From: a bacterium
GTDB taxonomy: Bacteria > Zhuqueibacterota > Zhuqueibacteria > Residuimicrobiales > Krinioviventaceae
DNA: 64,000 nt
Direction of reading: 5' to 3'
Assembly (NCBI GenBank): GCA_963674595.2
Contig: CAXXFV010000023.1
Coordinates: 96,001 to 160,000 of the forward strand
The notes below the pieces were generated by a model, which saw nothing but the letters and a program-made list of their open reading frames with translations, ran no database searches and was not told where the DNA came from. Both the position numbers and the translations under genes were made by a program. Of this stretch, positions 31,674 to 42,017 are shown piece by piece. Each line of letters starts with the position of its first letter. The first letter of the stretch is position 1.

Positions 31674-33677
31674 CTAGTCGTCTGCTTTCGCCTGTTTTGA
31701 GTCCCAGACCATATAAACACACAGTCCGATAAATAAAGCAAGAGCCAGCAGTTGGCCGGAATGGCTTTCCGCCCATTCTGTTGTAATAAGCGGGGCAATT
31801 ACACCAATTTTATCAAAGTTGATGAATTTCAAAAAGGCGGATAAAACACCCATAATAGCTCCACCGGCTATAAAACCGGAAGCAATCAAAGTACCGCGTT
31901 CACGGCGTTTAGCCTGTAATTTTTCATTTTGTGTGCTTTTGGCAACGAGATGAGCAATAATTCCACCGGCCAATATCGGTGTGTTCAGTTCAAGTGGAAT
32001 ATACATACCCAATGCAAAGGCAAGTGGCGAAACACCAATCATTTCCAAAATACCGGCAAAAAGAGCGCCGATAATATACAACATCCACGGGGCTGGTTGG
32101 TTGGACATGAGGGGTTTAATAACAGCGGCCATCGCGTTTGCCTGAGGAGCAACCAGGGCGCCTTCGCCGACAAAACCATAGGTTTCATTCAACATCATAA
32201 TAACCAAACCGACAGATGCGGCTGCTACCAGTGTTCCCAGAAATTTATACTTTTGTTGATTAACCGGTGTGGTGCCAAGCCAGTAACCGATTTTTAGATC
32301 GGTAATAAATCCTCCGGCCATGGATAGCGCTGTACAAACAACGCCGCCGATAATCAATGCGGAAACCATTCCTGTGGGGCCAGAAAGACCAAATTTTACC
32401 AGAATGACTGAAGAGAGAATCAACGTCATCAGCGTCATACCGGAAACAGGATTGGTGCCGACAATGGCTATAGCCCGCGCGGCAACGGTTGTGAACAAAA
32501 AGGCGATAATCAAAACAATGAGCAAGCCGACAACAGCGTGTCCTAATTGGTCAACAACACCAAATTGAAAAAACAGAAAAATGGCAATGGCGGTTAAAAC
32601 AATTAAAGCACCGACAAGTCCCATGGGCAGGTCTTTGCTTGTACGTGTCGTTTTCTCTTGTTGAGAAGTAATGGCTTTTTTACCGCCGGCAATTTCAGCC
32701 CATGCCAGTTTTAGGGCGCCGCCGATAATTTTGGATGATTTGACAATGCCGATAATTCCGGCGCAGGCAATTCCGCCGATACCGATGTGTCTGACATAAG
32801 TTCCAAAAATTTGTTCGGCGCTCATGTTGGCGATCAGGTCTGTTGCTGTACTGCCGATAACAACGGGTATATGTTGTCCAAAATAGGAGACTAAAGGAAT
32901 AAATACAAACCATGAAACAAAAGAACCGGCAGCTATGATGGCAGCATATTTAAGTCCCACAATATAACCGAGCCCCATAACAGCGGCCCCGACATTTATT
33001 CGGAACACGAGTTTCGCTTCATTGGCTAAATTTGCTAAAAACGGAACGGCCCGGCTTTCAAATACTTCACTCCACCAGTGAAAAGTGCCGATAATAAAAT
33101 CGTAAATACCTCCGATGGCCATGGCTTTTAGTAGGATCTTTGCCTGGTCGCCGCCGGCTTCTCCGGCTACAAGCACTTCGGTCGTGGCTGTTGCTTCCGG
33201 GAACGGGAATTCACCGTGCATTTCCTGAACAAAATATTTTCGGAACGGAATAAGAAAAAGAATTCCTAAAAATCCGCCGAATAAGGAGGCAAGGAATATC
33301 TGATAAAATTTTGCATCTAATTCCAGAATATAAATTGCCGGGATGGTAAAAATAGCTCCGGCCACAACAACACCGGATGCCGCACCAATGGATTGGATGA
33401 TAACATTCTCCGAAAGTGCATTTTTTCTTTTTGTGAAAACCGATGTTCCCACAGCCAGAATGGCAATGGGAATGGCGGCTTCAAAAACCTGCCCGATTTT
33501 TAATCCCAGATAAGCGGCAGCCATGGAAAATATGGCGGCGTAAAACAGCCCCCAGATGAGTGAATAGGGGGTAATCTCTTTTAATGGTTTGTCGGCTGGA
33601 ACAACCGGAATATAAACCTCTCCCTCTTTTAATGGTTTGTAGGCATTTTCCGGAAGCGATGTTTTGGTTGGTTCCAT
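31674..33677 (-). CDS. OPT-family oligopeptide transporter
   Basis: AYLGLKIGQVFEAAIP, PFPEATA, NPVSGMT, APQANAM; many TM helices. Confidence 0.92.
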   Translation of the reverse strand: MEPTKTSLPENAYKPLKEGEVYIPVVPADKPLKEITPYSLIWGLFYAAIFSMAAAYLGLKIGQVFEAAIPIAILAVGTSVFTKRKNALSENVIIQSIGAASGVVVAGAIFTIPAIYILELDAKFYQIFLASLFGGFLGILFLIPFRKYFVQEMHGEFPFPEATATTEVLVAGEAGGDQAKILLKAMAIGGIYDFIIGTFHWWSEVFESRAVPFLANLANEAKLVFRINVGAAVMGLGYIVGLKYAAIIAAGSFVSWFVFIPLVSYFGQHIPVVIGSTATDLIANMSAEQIFGTYVRHIGIGGIACAGIIGIVKSSKIIGGALKLAWAEIAGGKKAITSQQEKTTRTSKDLPMGLVGALIVLTAIAIFLFFQFGVVDQLGHAVVGLLIVLIIAFLFTTVAARAIAIVGTNPVSGMTLMTLILSSVILVKFGLSGPTGMVSALIIGGVVCTALSMAGGFITDLKIGYWLGTTPVNQQKYKFLGTLVAAASVGLVIMMLNETYGFVGEGALVAPQANAMAAVIKPLMSNQPAPWMLYIIGALFAGILEMIGVSPLAFALGMYIPLELNTPILAGGIIAHLVAKSTQNEKLQAKRRERGTLIASGFIAGGAIMGVLSAFLKFINFDKIGVIAPLITTEWAESHSGQLLALALFIGLCVYMVWDSKQAKADD

Positions 33678-33865
33678 TTAAAATCCTCGCAGCGTTTGGT
33701 TTTGCTATCTCTATTAAAATTTTGAAAATATAAACACTATGAAATGATTATGCAAGGAGAAATTGTTTGAAATAATCTTATCTTTGCATTACAGGACTTT
33801 TTTTTTGTAAAAAAAATCTTTACATTCTTGAAATAATTTAAAATGATTTTTAACAGGTATGAATC

Positions 33866-34552
33866 GTGATAAAAAAATTATTGTTATTACTCGTTGTTAT
33901 GGCGGGTTTTTCCTGCTCTACAAAATCGTTACAGGTTACTGTTGATAATATAACAATATCACAGGATGGCCAATCAATTACTGTTCACAAAATATCTTCC
34001 CCTTCGGCTGTTTACCAGGCTGCTATCATACTTGCCGGACAGGGATATGATGCCTGGCAACCCTTTTGTGAAAAAGTGGCGCAAACCTGTTGCGATGTTT
34101 ATTTTGTTTCGGCTTCTGATGCAGACTCTGTTGGAAAAACGGCCGAGCTGTTTCAAACAATTAAAACGGTTGTTGCCGATTCCTTTGATGTTCGTCGTGA
34201 CAAAATAGTTCTTATGGGCAACGGACCGATTTGTATGGGTGCCATAAAAAGTGCCGCAACAGATTCGGTGAAAAATACCGTGATTACCATGACTCCGCAG
34301 TGGCCTGATAGCAGCATATTGATCGACAGTTGGTTGAAAAATATTCAACCGGGACAGTTTGTATTAATAACGAGTGGTAAGGATGCCGCTGTTGCCAAAA
34401 AAAATAATGATCCTTTTTTCAATATGGCATCTGATCCGAAAAGAGTTGTGTGGCTGGACACTGATGACAACGGTGTGCAATTAATTCAATCTGATATGGA
34501 ACCAATTGTCCGAAGAATCGTATTTATGGCGATAGAAAGAATGATGCGCTAA
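33866..34552 (+). CDS. Lipoprotein, degenerate alpha/beta-hydrolase-like fold
   Basis: GFSC lipobox; KIVLMGNG where GxSxG would be expected. Confidence 0.5.
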   Translation: MIKKLLLLLVVMAGFSCSTKSLQVTVDNITISQDGQSITVHKISSPSAVYQAAIILAGQGYDAWQPFCEKVAQTCCDVYFVSASDADSVGKTAELFQTIKTVVADSFDVRRDKIVLMGNGPICMGAIKSAATDSVKNTVITMTPQWPDSSILIDSWLKNIQPGQFVLITSGKDAAVAKKNNDPFFNMASDPKRVVWLDTDDNGVQLIQSDMEPIVRRIVFMAIERMMR

Positions 34553-34572
34553 TTTATGCGGAGGATACAACA

Positions 34573-34941
34573 ATGAGTTTTATCGGTAATCTTTTTTGGA
34601 TAATTTTAGGCGGTTTGTTTGTCGCCCTTGAATATTTAATCGGTGGTATTTTGCTTTGTTTGACAATCATCGGAATCCCTTTTGGTATTCAAACCATAAA
34701 GCTGGGTATTTTGGCTTTACTGCCTTTTGGGCGTGATGTAAAAAGCAGGCCTAATGCGCCGACATTTTTGAGCACTATTTTCAACATTATCTGGATTCTA
34801 ATAGGCGGCATCTGGATTTGTGTGAGCCATCTTGTATTGGCTATTTTATTTGCTATTACACTTGTCGGCATTCCTTTTGCCAAGCAGCACCTTAAACTTG
34901 CCAAGCTTTCTTTAACGCCGTTCGGATATGAAATTGTGTAA
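34573..34941 (+). CDS. YccF-domain inner membrane protein
   Basis: Two GN..W..LGG...IIGIPF...PFG repeats. Confidence 0.9.
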   Translation: MSFIGNLFWIILGGLFVALEYLIGGILLCLTIIGIPFGIQTIKLGILALLPFGRDVKSRPNAPTFLSTIFNIIWILIGGIWICVSHLVLAILFAITLVGIPFAKQHLKLAKLSLTPFGYEIV

Positions 34942-34956
34942 TAACCTTGTTTTGTT

Positions 34957-35847
34957 ATGAAAGTATATATATTTTCAGGTCGTACTGAATTTTTTAAAGA
35001 ACATATTTCCGGGGAACAAATCCGGGCTATCCTGGAACGCGTTGCAAAGGAAACAGATACAACCGACCTGGTTGTTGCTTTGTACTTTGACCGCCGGTGC
35101 ACATGGACCGGCGGTACGGCTTATGTTCGTTCCTGGATGACACCGGACCGTTTTAGAACAGGGAGAGGTAAATGGAAGCTGACAACCAGATTCCCCAAAC
35201 CGGCTGACCTTCCCAAACAATACAAACTAATTCGTATGTACATGCAATGCGATTCGGTCCGTTATCCGTTAACAGAAATGGACCGTTACCATTGGAAACA
35301 CAGCTACCCTTCCATAGAAGCTCATATCGCCCATTTGTTTGCACACGAACTGCATCATTTTCGAAGGTATCATTTGGACCTTCATCCCGGGGAAGGAGAG
35401 AACCGCGCCAATCAGTGGGCAAAAACCATAGCCAATAATTTAGGGTATGCTGTTGAGAGCCAAAAGATTAAGATAAAAGTGAAAAAACGTCGTAAAAAAC
35501 AAAAATCTGTTGATCTGCGGGAAATATTAAATCCGAATGATTTTCTTCATCTTGATGTAGGCGGACCTGTTACTGGATGGGTGCGAATGATGAAGCAGGT
35601 ATTGTTAAATATGACAGCATCCAAGAAGGAAAAGTATGTTCATGATAAAATGCTTCATTTTGAAAAACTTCGTTCTTTACCCGAGGGAAGTGTTTTAAAC
35701 GTGAGCTATGATCCTTCAGAAAAATATTGTGGTCAGAATGTCTCAGTTGTCCGTCCTTTGAAACGTAATTCCTACCGAATTGTCATTCAGACCGGGGACG
35801 GTAAGGTGTGGCGCTGGCCTATGGCATGGTTGAAAATATGCGAATAA
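34957..35847 (+). CDS. Hypothetical protein with HExxH metallopeptidase-like motif
   Basis: LFAHELHH...GEGE; no signal peptide. Confidence 0.55.
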   Translation: MKVYIFSGRTEFFKEHISGEQIRAILERVAKETDTTDLVVALYFDRRCTWTGGTAYVRSWMTPDRFRTGRGKWKLTTRFPKPADLPKQYKLIRMYMQCDSVRYPLTEMDRYHWKHSYPSIEAHIAHLFAHELHHFRRYHLDLHPGEGENRANQWAKTIANNLGYAVESQKIKIKVKKRRKKQKSVDLREILNPNDFLHLDVGGPVTGWVRMMKQVLLNMTASKKEKYVHDKMLHFEKLRSLPEGSVLNVSYDPSEKYCGQNVSVVRPLKRNSYRIVIQTGDGKVWRWPMAWLKICE

Positions 35848-36156
35848 CTTATTAAAATATAATAGTTAAGCAATATAAACCGGGGTTAAATTCCATCTTT
35901 TAAAAAAAATCATCATGTTTACATTTTTTGGCGCAGCTTTTGCGTATTTAAAAGCTGAATTATATAATACTATAATAACTTGGTTATAGTTGATTTTAAG
36001 ATTGCTATAAGCATATAAATAATAAAGCTTTATGTTGTCGGTTTTTGAAAGGTGTTTTCCAGTTGAAAAATAATAAAAAAAAGCCGTCAAAATTATTTAA
36101 CAGGTGACAGTTATTTGTGTCACATTAAATAAAAGAATTTATTAAGGGCAATACTC

Positions 36157-39100
36157 ATGCGCAAAAGTATATTTTTCATATTAGCCTTTCTGGTACTTGG
36201 ATTTATTGTTTTTTGTAACAGTGATGATGAAGAAATTGTTGGATCTGTTTCAAAAATAGAAGTTCAGATACCACAAATCCTTGCTGATGGTATTGCCACA
36301 ACAACAATCGTCGCAACAATTTATGACGATAGTGGGCGTGTGGCTGTGGGATGGACCATTAATTTCAGTGCGACTTTTGGTACTATTTCTGAATCAGCAA
36401 CGACAGATGGGCAGGGTCGTGCCTATGCTGTATTAACAAGTTCTGCCAGTGAAGTAGATTTGACATCCAAAGTTACGGCAACAATTAGCGATACAAGCAG
36501 TTCATTAAGTAAAAAATCGGTACAAGCTTCCAGTATGTATCTTCAGGTTGTCGGCAGTTCAGGAAAAACACCTGTTCCTTCTTTGGCAAAAACCAGTGCC
36601 TCGCAAGCCGATAATTCGGCCAGTGTAAACGTGATGTTTTTGGGTGTAACTTTTAAAGCAGAGCTGGATGCTTCGGCTATTCCGGCTGACGGCAAGTCAA
36701 CAACAAATTTGAATTTTTCCGTTAAAGAAACAACCAGCAAAAAAGCTGTTGATAAGGGTGTTATAACGCTTGCTGCTGCTCTTGGAAATATTACAAACAG
36801 TGTTACGACAAATAATCAGGGCGCTGCTTCCACAAGCATTGTTTCTTATAACAAATCGGCTGTCGATACAATATATGCAGAGTATGGCAGCGGACATAAA
36901 AAGAATTTGATTTTAAATTATGAAGCACCCAAGCTGGTGCTCGACCCGCCAAGTGCTCTATTATTAGCAGATGGCAAAAGCACCAAAAAATTTACGGCAA
37001 CTCTGCTTTCCCAGAAAAACACGCCTGTTACCGGAATTGAGATAAATTTTTCCGCTTCAAACGGTATTTTGGAACCAAGTAAAGGTACAACAAATACGAG
37101 TGGTCAGGTTCAGATTACATTGACCAGTGCAGCACAGGTTGATTCCAATGTTGTTATTATCGCCCAATCCAATGAACTGAGTGATACGGCAAAAGTTCAG
37201 TTTATTCAACCTGTTCTAAGTTTAACGGCGCCACAAAACATTCTGCCGGCAGATGGTCTAAGTCAGTTAGAAATTACTGCCAATTTGTTCTTGCCGGACA
37301 ATACCCCTGTTTCTGATGCTGAAATTACCTTTTCAAGTACTCACGGAACCATTAACCCGTTAAAAGCTGTAACAAACAGTGAAGGCCAGGCTGTTGTGAC
37401 TTTAAAGAGTGGTAATACTACTGCTGAAAATGTTGTTGTTACGGCAAAATTTCAAGAACTTGTTCAAACTTTTACACTAGCTTTTGATACACCCAAACTT
37501 ACTATTTCGCCAAAAACAGCAAAATTGCCGGCTGACGGGCTAAGTAAACAAACTTTTTATGCTACGTTACTATCATCAACCAATAGCCCTATTGTTGATG
37601 CTCCGGTCCAGTTTTATACTTCCAAAGGAACCATCACTGTTTTGTCAAGTACCACAAACTCTGAAGGCAAAGCAACAGCCGAATTAAAGAGCGGTTCTGA
37701 AACGGATGATAATGTTATTGTATATGCAAAGTTTAATGAACTGGCAGATTCAGCCCAGGTGCAGTTTGTTTCGACTTCTTATTCAAGAGGATTAAAACTT
37801 GATGGTGACAGCGAGACATTAAGAGATGGCTTGTCTTCTTTTGAGATAGCTGCTATTGTCATGGATGAAAATAATAGCCCGGTAAATGGCGCCAGTGTAT
37901 TTTTTACTTCTACCTATGGTGAAGTAGAGGAAATGGCCACAACAGATGCCAGTGGATATGCTTCTGTTACATATACGCCGGATACCGGAACAAATGATGC
38001 TGTTGATACCATTGTTGCCACAATGGGAGCAATTACTGTTCGTCATGAGGTGAATTTGATTGGTTTAACTATGCAAATGTTTGCCATTCCCGATTCTATT
38101 CCAGCCGACGGTGATGCTTCTTCACAAATATCTGTTAATTTAAAACGAACTTTAACTCAGCAGGTTTTACCCGGATTAGAAGTTAATTTCAGTTCGGATA
38201 TAGGATACCTGGAACCTGTCGCAACAACCAATAATCAGGGTGTTGCCGGTTTGGCGTTAACATCTGCTGTTACACCTGGTGTGGCAACGGTCACCGCAAG
38301 ATATGGTGGTTTTAGCAAACAGGTACAGGTACAGTTCTATCAAAATTCCCCACAGAGTTTATTGTTATCTGCTGAACCTAATTATATTTGGGTCAAAGAA
38401 ACCGGAAATTTAGAACAAACCATGGTAACAGCAACCGTTTTAGGACTGCAAAACCAGCCTATCGGACATGATGTTTATGTTCAATTCTTTGTGCAAAACG
38501 GACCTAATGGCGGTGAAGGTTTTGTTGTAGAAGATGGAGAGTCTTCTACTCAGTCCGAGCCTATTAAAACAGTTGACGGTAAAGCTGTTATTGGTTTCCG
38601 TGCAGGTACACGATCCGGAACTGCTGAAATTCGTGCTCAAGTTGTTGGTGAATCAGTACCTATGGCACGTACGACAAATATTATTGTTCGTTCCGGTCCT
38701 CCATATATTTGGGTGGATCCCGATAATAAAAACAACGTTGTTCCACACATGACACTGGCTTTTGATATTTTTAACCAGGAAGGTTGGAACCATGTTAGAA
38801 CATATACGCCTACTGTCTATATTGGAGATAAATACAACAATCCTGTAGAGCTTGGAACAGCCGTTTACTTTACCACCACTGGTGGAATAGTAACGACAGA
38901 TGTTTTGACGGATGAAAAGGGCATTGGAAGTGTTGAACTCTTAAGCGCCAATCCAAGACCGTATTTGCAACCGGTTGACGGAACAGCTTTGTCTCCGCAT
39001 AATATTGAAAATCCGAATGATCCAAGCATTAATTTGCCAATCATTGTACCTGATTTTGAAGGTAGTGAGGTTTTGAACAGCGAAGGAAATTATGGTGAAA

Positions 39101-39540
39101 ATGATGGAATGACTTTTGTCGTTGCAACAACGCATGGCCGTGACCAATATGGAAATGACGCTGTTGTCTATGCAACAGGAGGCGTTATTTTCAGCGGTCC
39201 GATTGCTGTCTTTACGGCCCAGGCTGAAAGTAACAGTTTGGCTTTAGGTGAAGCAACAACTGTTTATCTAAGAGTTTATGATATTAACGGTAATCCTCCG
39301 GCTGCCGGTTCAACGTTAATACCTGAGACAACGGCCGGATCAGTTACTCCGGATAATTTGATGGCGGCAAAAGAAGACTATGGTTATGGTACTACATATT
39401 ATACTGCTACAGTTATAAATAACCGGGTTCCGGATGCAGATGGAAATCTGTTTCCGACAACAGCGGCTGTTACATTTAAATTAAAAAGTCCTAACGGCAG
39501 CGGCGCTGTTACAGTTAATATTTTTATGGACAATAAATAG
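36157..39540 (+). CDS. Invasin/intimin-like lipoprotein with tandem bacterial Ig-like (Big_1) domains
   Basis: Repeated ADG.S...TA...V.F....G......T...G.A units; IVFC lipobox-like. Confidence 0.8.
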   Translation: MRKSIFFILAFLVLGFIVFCNSDDEEIVGSVSKIEVQIPQILADGIATTTIVATIYDDSGRVAVGWTINFSATFGTISESATTDGQGRAYAVLTSSASEVDLTSKVTATISDTSSSLSKKSVQASSMYLQVVGSSGKTPVPSLAKTSASQADNSASVNVMFLGVTFKAELDASAIPADGKSTTNLNFSVKETTSKKAVDKGVITLAAALGNITNSVTTNNQGAASTSIVSYNKSAVDTIYAEYGSGHKKNLILNYEAPKLVLDPPSALLLADGKSTKKFTATLLSQKNTPVTGIEINFSASNGILEPSKGTTNTSGQVQITLTSAAQVDSNVVIIAQSNELSDTAKVQFIQPVLSLTAPQNILPADGLSQLEITANLFLPDNTPVSDAEITFSSTHGTINPLKAVTNSEGQAVVTLKSGNTTAENVVVTAKFQELVQTFTLAFDTPKLTISPKTAKLPADGLSKQTFYATLLSSTNSPIVDAPVQFYTSKGTITVLSSTTNSEGKATAELKSGSETDDNVIVYAKFNELADSAQVQFVSTSYSRGLKLDGDSETLRDGLSSFEIAAIVMDENNSPVNGASVFFTSTYGEVEEMATTDASGYASVTYTPDTGTNDAVDTIVATMGAITVRHEVNLIGLTMQMFAIPDSIPADGDASSQISVNLKRTLTQQVLPGLEVNFSSDIGYLEPVATTNNQGVAGLALTSAVTPGVATVTARYGGFSKQVQVQFYQNSPQSLLLSAEPNYIWVKETGNLEQTMVTATVLGLQNQPIGHDVYVQFFVQNGPNGGEGFVVEDGESSTQSEPIKTVDGKAVIGFRAGTRSGTAEIRAQVVGESVPMARTTNIIVRSGPPYIWVDPDNKNNVVPHMTLAFDIFNQEGWNHVRTYTPTVYIGDKYNNPVELGTAVYFTTTGGIVTTDVLTDEKGIGSVELLSANPRPYLQPVDGTALSPHNIENPNDPSINLPIIVPDFEGSEVLNSEGNYGENDGMTFVVATTHGRDQYGNDAVVYATGGVIFSGPIAVFTAQAESNSLALGEATTVYLRVYDINGNPPAAGSTLIPETTAGSVTPDNLMAAKEDYGYGTTYYTATVINNRVPDADGNLFPTTAAVTFKLKSPNGSGAVTVNIFMDNK

Positions 39541-39568
39541 AATTTTTTTTCAACCCTCCACACCCACG

Positions 39569-39604
39569 AAAGCGTCTACGCAGTTTTTCGCGTGGGCGCT
39601 TTTA
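39569..39604 (+). terminator. Intrinsic terminator after the Ig-like protein
   Basis: AGCGTCTACGC/GCGTGGGCGCT stem followed by a T-run. Confidence 0.6.
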
Positions 39605-39749
39605 TTAATTTATGTGGACTATCGTATAATGGTTACATCATGTCTTAAATACATGACAAATAACCAAAGGTGTTTTTTACCATGCTTTTTTAGGTTTACC
39701 TAAGTATAATAAAATTAAATGTTATTTTTTAAGATTTTTCCAAATTGCG

Positions 39750-39765
39750 CGGCACATTCTCTGCA
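39750..39765 (+). promoter_or_regulatory. sigma54 (-24/-12) promoter
   Basis: CGGCAC-ATTCT-CTGCA, GG-N10-GC. Confidence 0.65.
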
Positions 39766-39813
39766 ACATTATAAACTGGAAAAAAGTGTGTTTTACTAAA
39801 ATTGAGGCTGGTT

Positions 39814-40296
39814 ATGAATAGTGGACATATGATGCTCGTTATCGGCAGTATTGTTCTCTTTTCCTTTCTGACAATAAATGCTCATAGAACAATATTAAAT
39901 TCTACAGAGTTGACACTCTATGCGGAATACTTTTCAACAGCGACTTCCGTCGCTTCGAACCTGGTCACAGAAATTACAACAAAATCTTTTGATGAAAAGA
40001 CAATTACCAGTGAAGTAAGTTCTGCTGATTCGTTGACCAGTTCAGAAAGTCTTGGCCCGGATTCCGGAGAAAGTTATCCGAATTTTGATGATATTGACGA
40101 CTATGATAACTATCAAACCGTTGTCAGTACACCAAGGTCAGGTAACTTTACGGCAGTGGTTGATGTCAGCTATGTAAATGAAAGTACGCCCGATAATGTT
40201 GTTAATTCACAAACAAGGATGAAGAGAATAAAGGTCGATGTTACCGGCGCTACGGTAACGAGTCCGGTTTCATTATATTATTATGCAAGTTATTGA
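39814..40296 (+). CDS. Minor pilin/pseudopilin-like protein
   Basis: Short leader + hydrophobic helix; FDDIDDY and KRIKVDV, MshD/PilV-like. Confidence 0.6.
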   Translation: MNSGHMMLVIGSIVLFSFLTINAHRTILNSTELTLYAEYFSTATSVASNLVTEITTKSFDEKTITSEVSSADSLTSSESLGPDSGESYPNFDDIDDYDNYQTVVSTPRSGNFTAVVDVSYVNESTPDNVVNSQTRMKRIKVDVTGATVTSPVSLYYYASY

Positions 40297-40304
40297 GGTA
40301 ATTT

Positions 40305-40835
40305 ATGAGTCAGCTTGATTTAGTGGGGTCTTTTATTGTTGGAGGACTGGTTCTGTTTGCGATTGTAGCGTTTCAGCTACAATTTGACAGTATTGCCCAA
40401 TCAAATGCTTTTACTGAATCAACCCAACTTACAGCAACAGAATTCGGACGGGTTATCGAATATGATTTTAATAAAATCGGCTACCGTGTGACAAGTGGAT
40501 CTAAGATATTTAGCCTTGGTACTTCAAATATTTCATTCCTGGCTGATTTAAATAATGATGGAACAATTGACAGTGTTCTTTATTATACAAACAATTCACA
40601 ACAAAATTTAAAGCTTTTTCGACATACAAGTCTGGATAATGGTAATAGTTTTAACATGGATATCGGGTCTTTTACGATTCAGGCCTATGACTCTCTGGGT
40701 ACTGCGACGGCATCGGCGTCGGCAGTCCATAGTATTAAAGTCGATTTGTTACTGCAGCAAAATTTCAACTTGACAGATAAAGTAGAAAGAATCGGTGCAT
40801 ATTGGTCGCGCCGGTTATACCCCAGGAATTTATAA
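40305..40835 (+). CDS. Minor pilin-like protein (PilW-like)
   Basis: Hydrophobic N-helix, EYDFNKIGY, ADLNNDG, C-terminal PRNL. Confidence 0.6.
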   Translation: MSQLDLVGSFIVGGLVLFAIVAFQLQFDSIAQSNAFTESTQLTATEFGRVIEYDFNKIGYRVTSGSKIFSLGTSNISFLADLNNDGTIDSVLYYTNNSQQNLKLFRHTSLDNGNSFNMDIGSFTIQAYDSLGTATASASAVHSIKVDLLLQQNFNLTDKVERIGAYWSRRLYPRNL

Positions 40836-40852
40836 ATTAGAAAGAGGTTGAG

Positions 40853-41989
40853 ATGGGTAAAATGTTGATTATCATCATAATTGCTCTCGCCGCTATAACG
40901 GGGTTGGTATCTGTGAATATGATGAAGAGTGATGCAAACATGCTGGTAAACTCTGTTGACGAACGCAGTCGTCTTCAGGCCAAAGAGATAGCAAAAAGTG
41001 GTATTGAATTAGGCATTAAAAAAATATATGAAGATACAACATGGAATGATGGAATATCAAGGCTGTCAATCGGCAGCGGCGTGCTGGATTTAACTGTAAC
41101 AAACAGCACCAGTCTTTATCCCAGTGGGCCTTCAGCAGGCACCTTTGGAAGAGAATTAACCTCCACAGGGACCGTAAGCGGACAGACCTATACGATTCGT
41201 ACGATTATAAACATACCAACCACGCCGGGAACGCCTCCTTTTCTGGATTATGCTCTGGCATCCGATGGTGACCTGCAGCTTTTGGGAACAGTGGATGTTT
41301 TGGATGTGCAGGGTGGTGCAACGGGTGTGAACTCTAATATTCATACAAACAGTGATTTGTATGTTCAGGGAAACACAACCGTCACCGGATATGGCACCTA
41401 TTCCGGAAATAGTTATCTAAATCCATCAGACCCGTCGCGTTTTTTCCATCCTTATGATGTAGAAGCCGGACAATCACTGGTTGCTGAATCTGATCCTATT
41501 TCAATTCCTGCTTATAATCCTACGGATTATAGAGATGCCGCGACCCAAATCATTAGCGGCAGCACAACTTTTACAGGAAGCGAAACATTGGGCAGTGAGG
41601 AAAGTCCTGAAATTATTTTTGTTGATGGTAATATAACCATTAGTGGTAATTTTACCGGTTGGGCGGTATTCATTTGTACAGGAAGTGTTACAATAACAGG
41701 TAATATCTCTTTAGACGCTGAAAGTCCGCTTTCCAATCAACTTGGAATAATAGCTGCCGGAGATATTGATATCGGTGGTAATGTTGATGTTGAAGCTCAA
41801 CTATTTGCCGGTGGTAATATAGAATTTAATGGTAATAATGAATTGTATGGTATTGCAACGGCAAAGGGCCAGATTGATTTTCGTGGAAATGTTAACGTGC
41901 GATACCGTCAAGCATCAAATAACTTAACTGGACCAATATGGGATTATGCCGATGTATTACGTCCTGTAATTGTTTCATATTTGGAATAG
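40853..41989 (+). CDS. PilX-like protein with beta-helix-like repeats, paralog 1
   Basis: QAKEIAKSGIE, FLDYALAS, NIHTNSDL, G-x-I/V repeats, C-terminal VSYLE. Confidence 0.7.
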   Translation: MGKMLIIIIIALAAITGLVSVNMMKSDANMLVNSVDERSRLQAKEIAKSGIELGIKKIYEDTTWNDGISRLSIGSGVLDLTVTNSTSLYPSGPSAGTFGRELTSTGTVSGQTYTIRTIINIPTTPGTPPFLDYALASDGDLQLLGTVDVLDVQGGATGVNSNIHTNSDLYVQGNTTVTGYGTYSGNSYLNPSDPSRFFHPYDVEAGQSLVAESDPISIPAYNPTDYRDAATQIISGSTTFTGSETLGSEESPEIIFVDGNITISGNFTGWAVFICTGSVTITGNISLDAESPLSNQLGIIAAGDIDIGGNVDVEAQLFAGGNIEFNGNNELYGIATAKGQIDFRGNVNVRYRQASNNLTGPIWDYADVLRPVIVSYLE

Positions 41990-42017
41990 TTGGAACTTTA
42001 TACGAAAAGGGTTAGAA

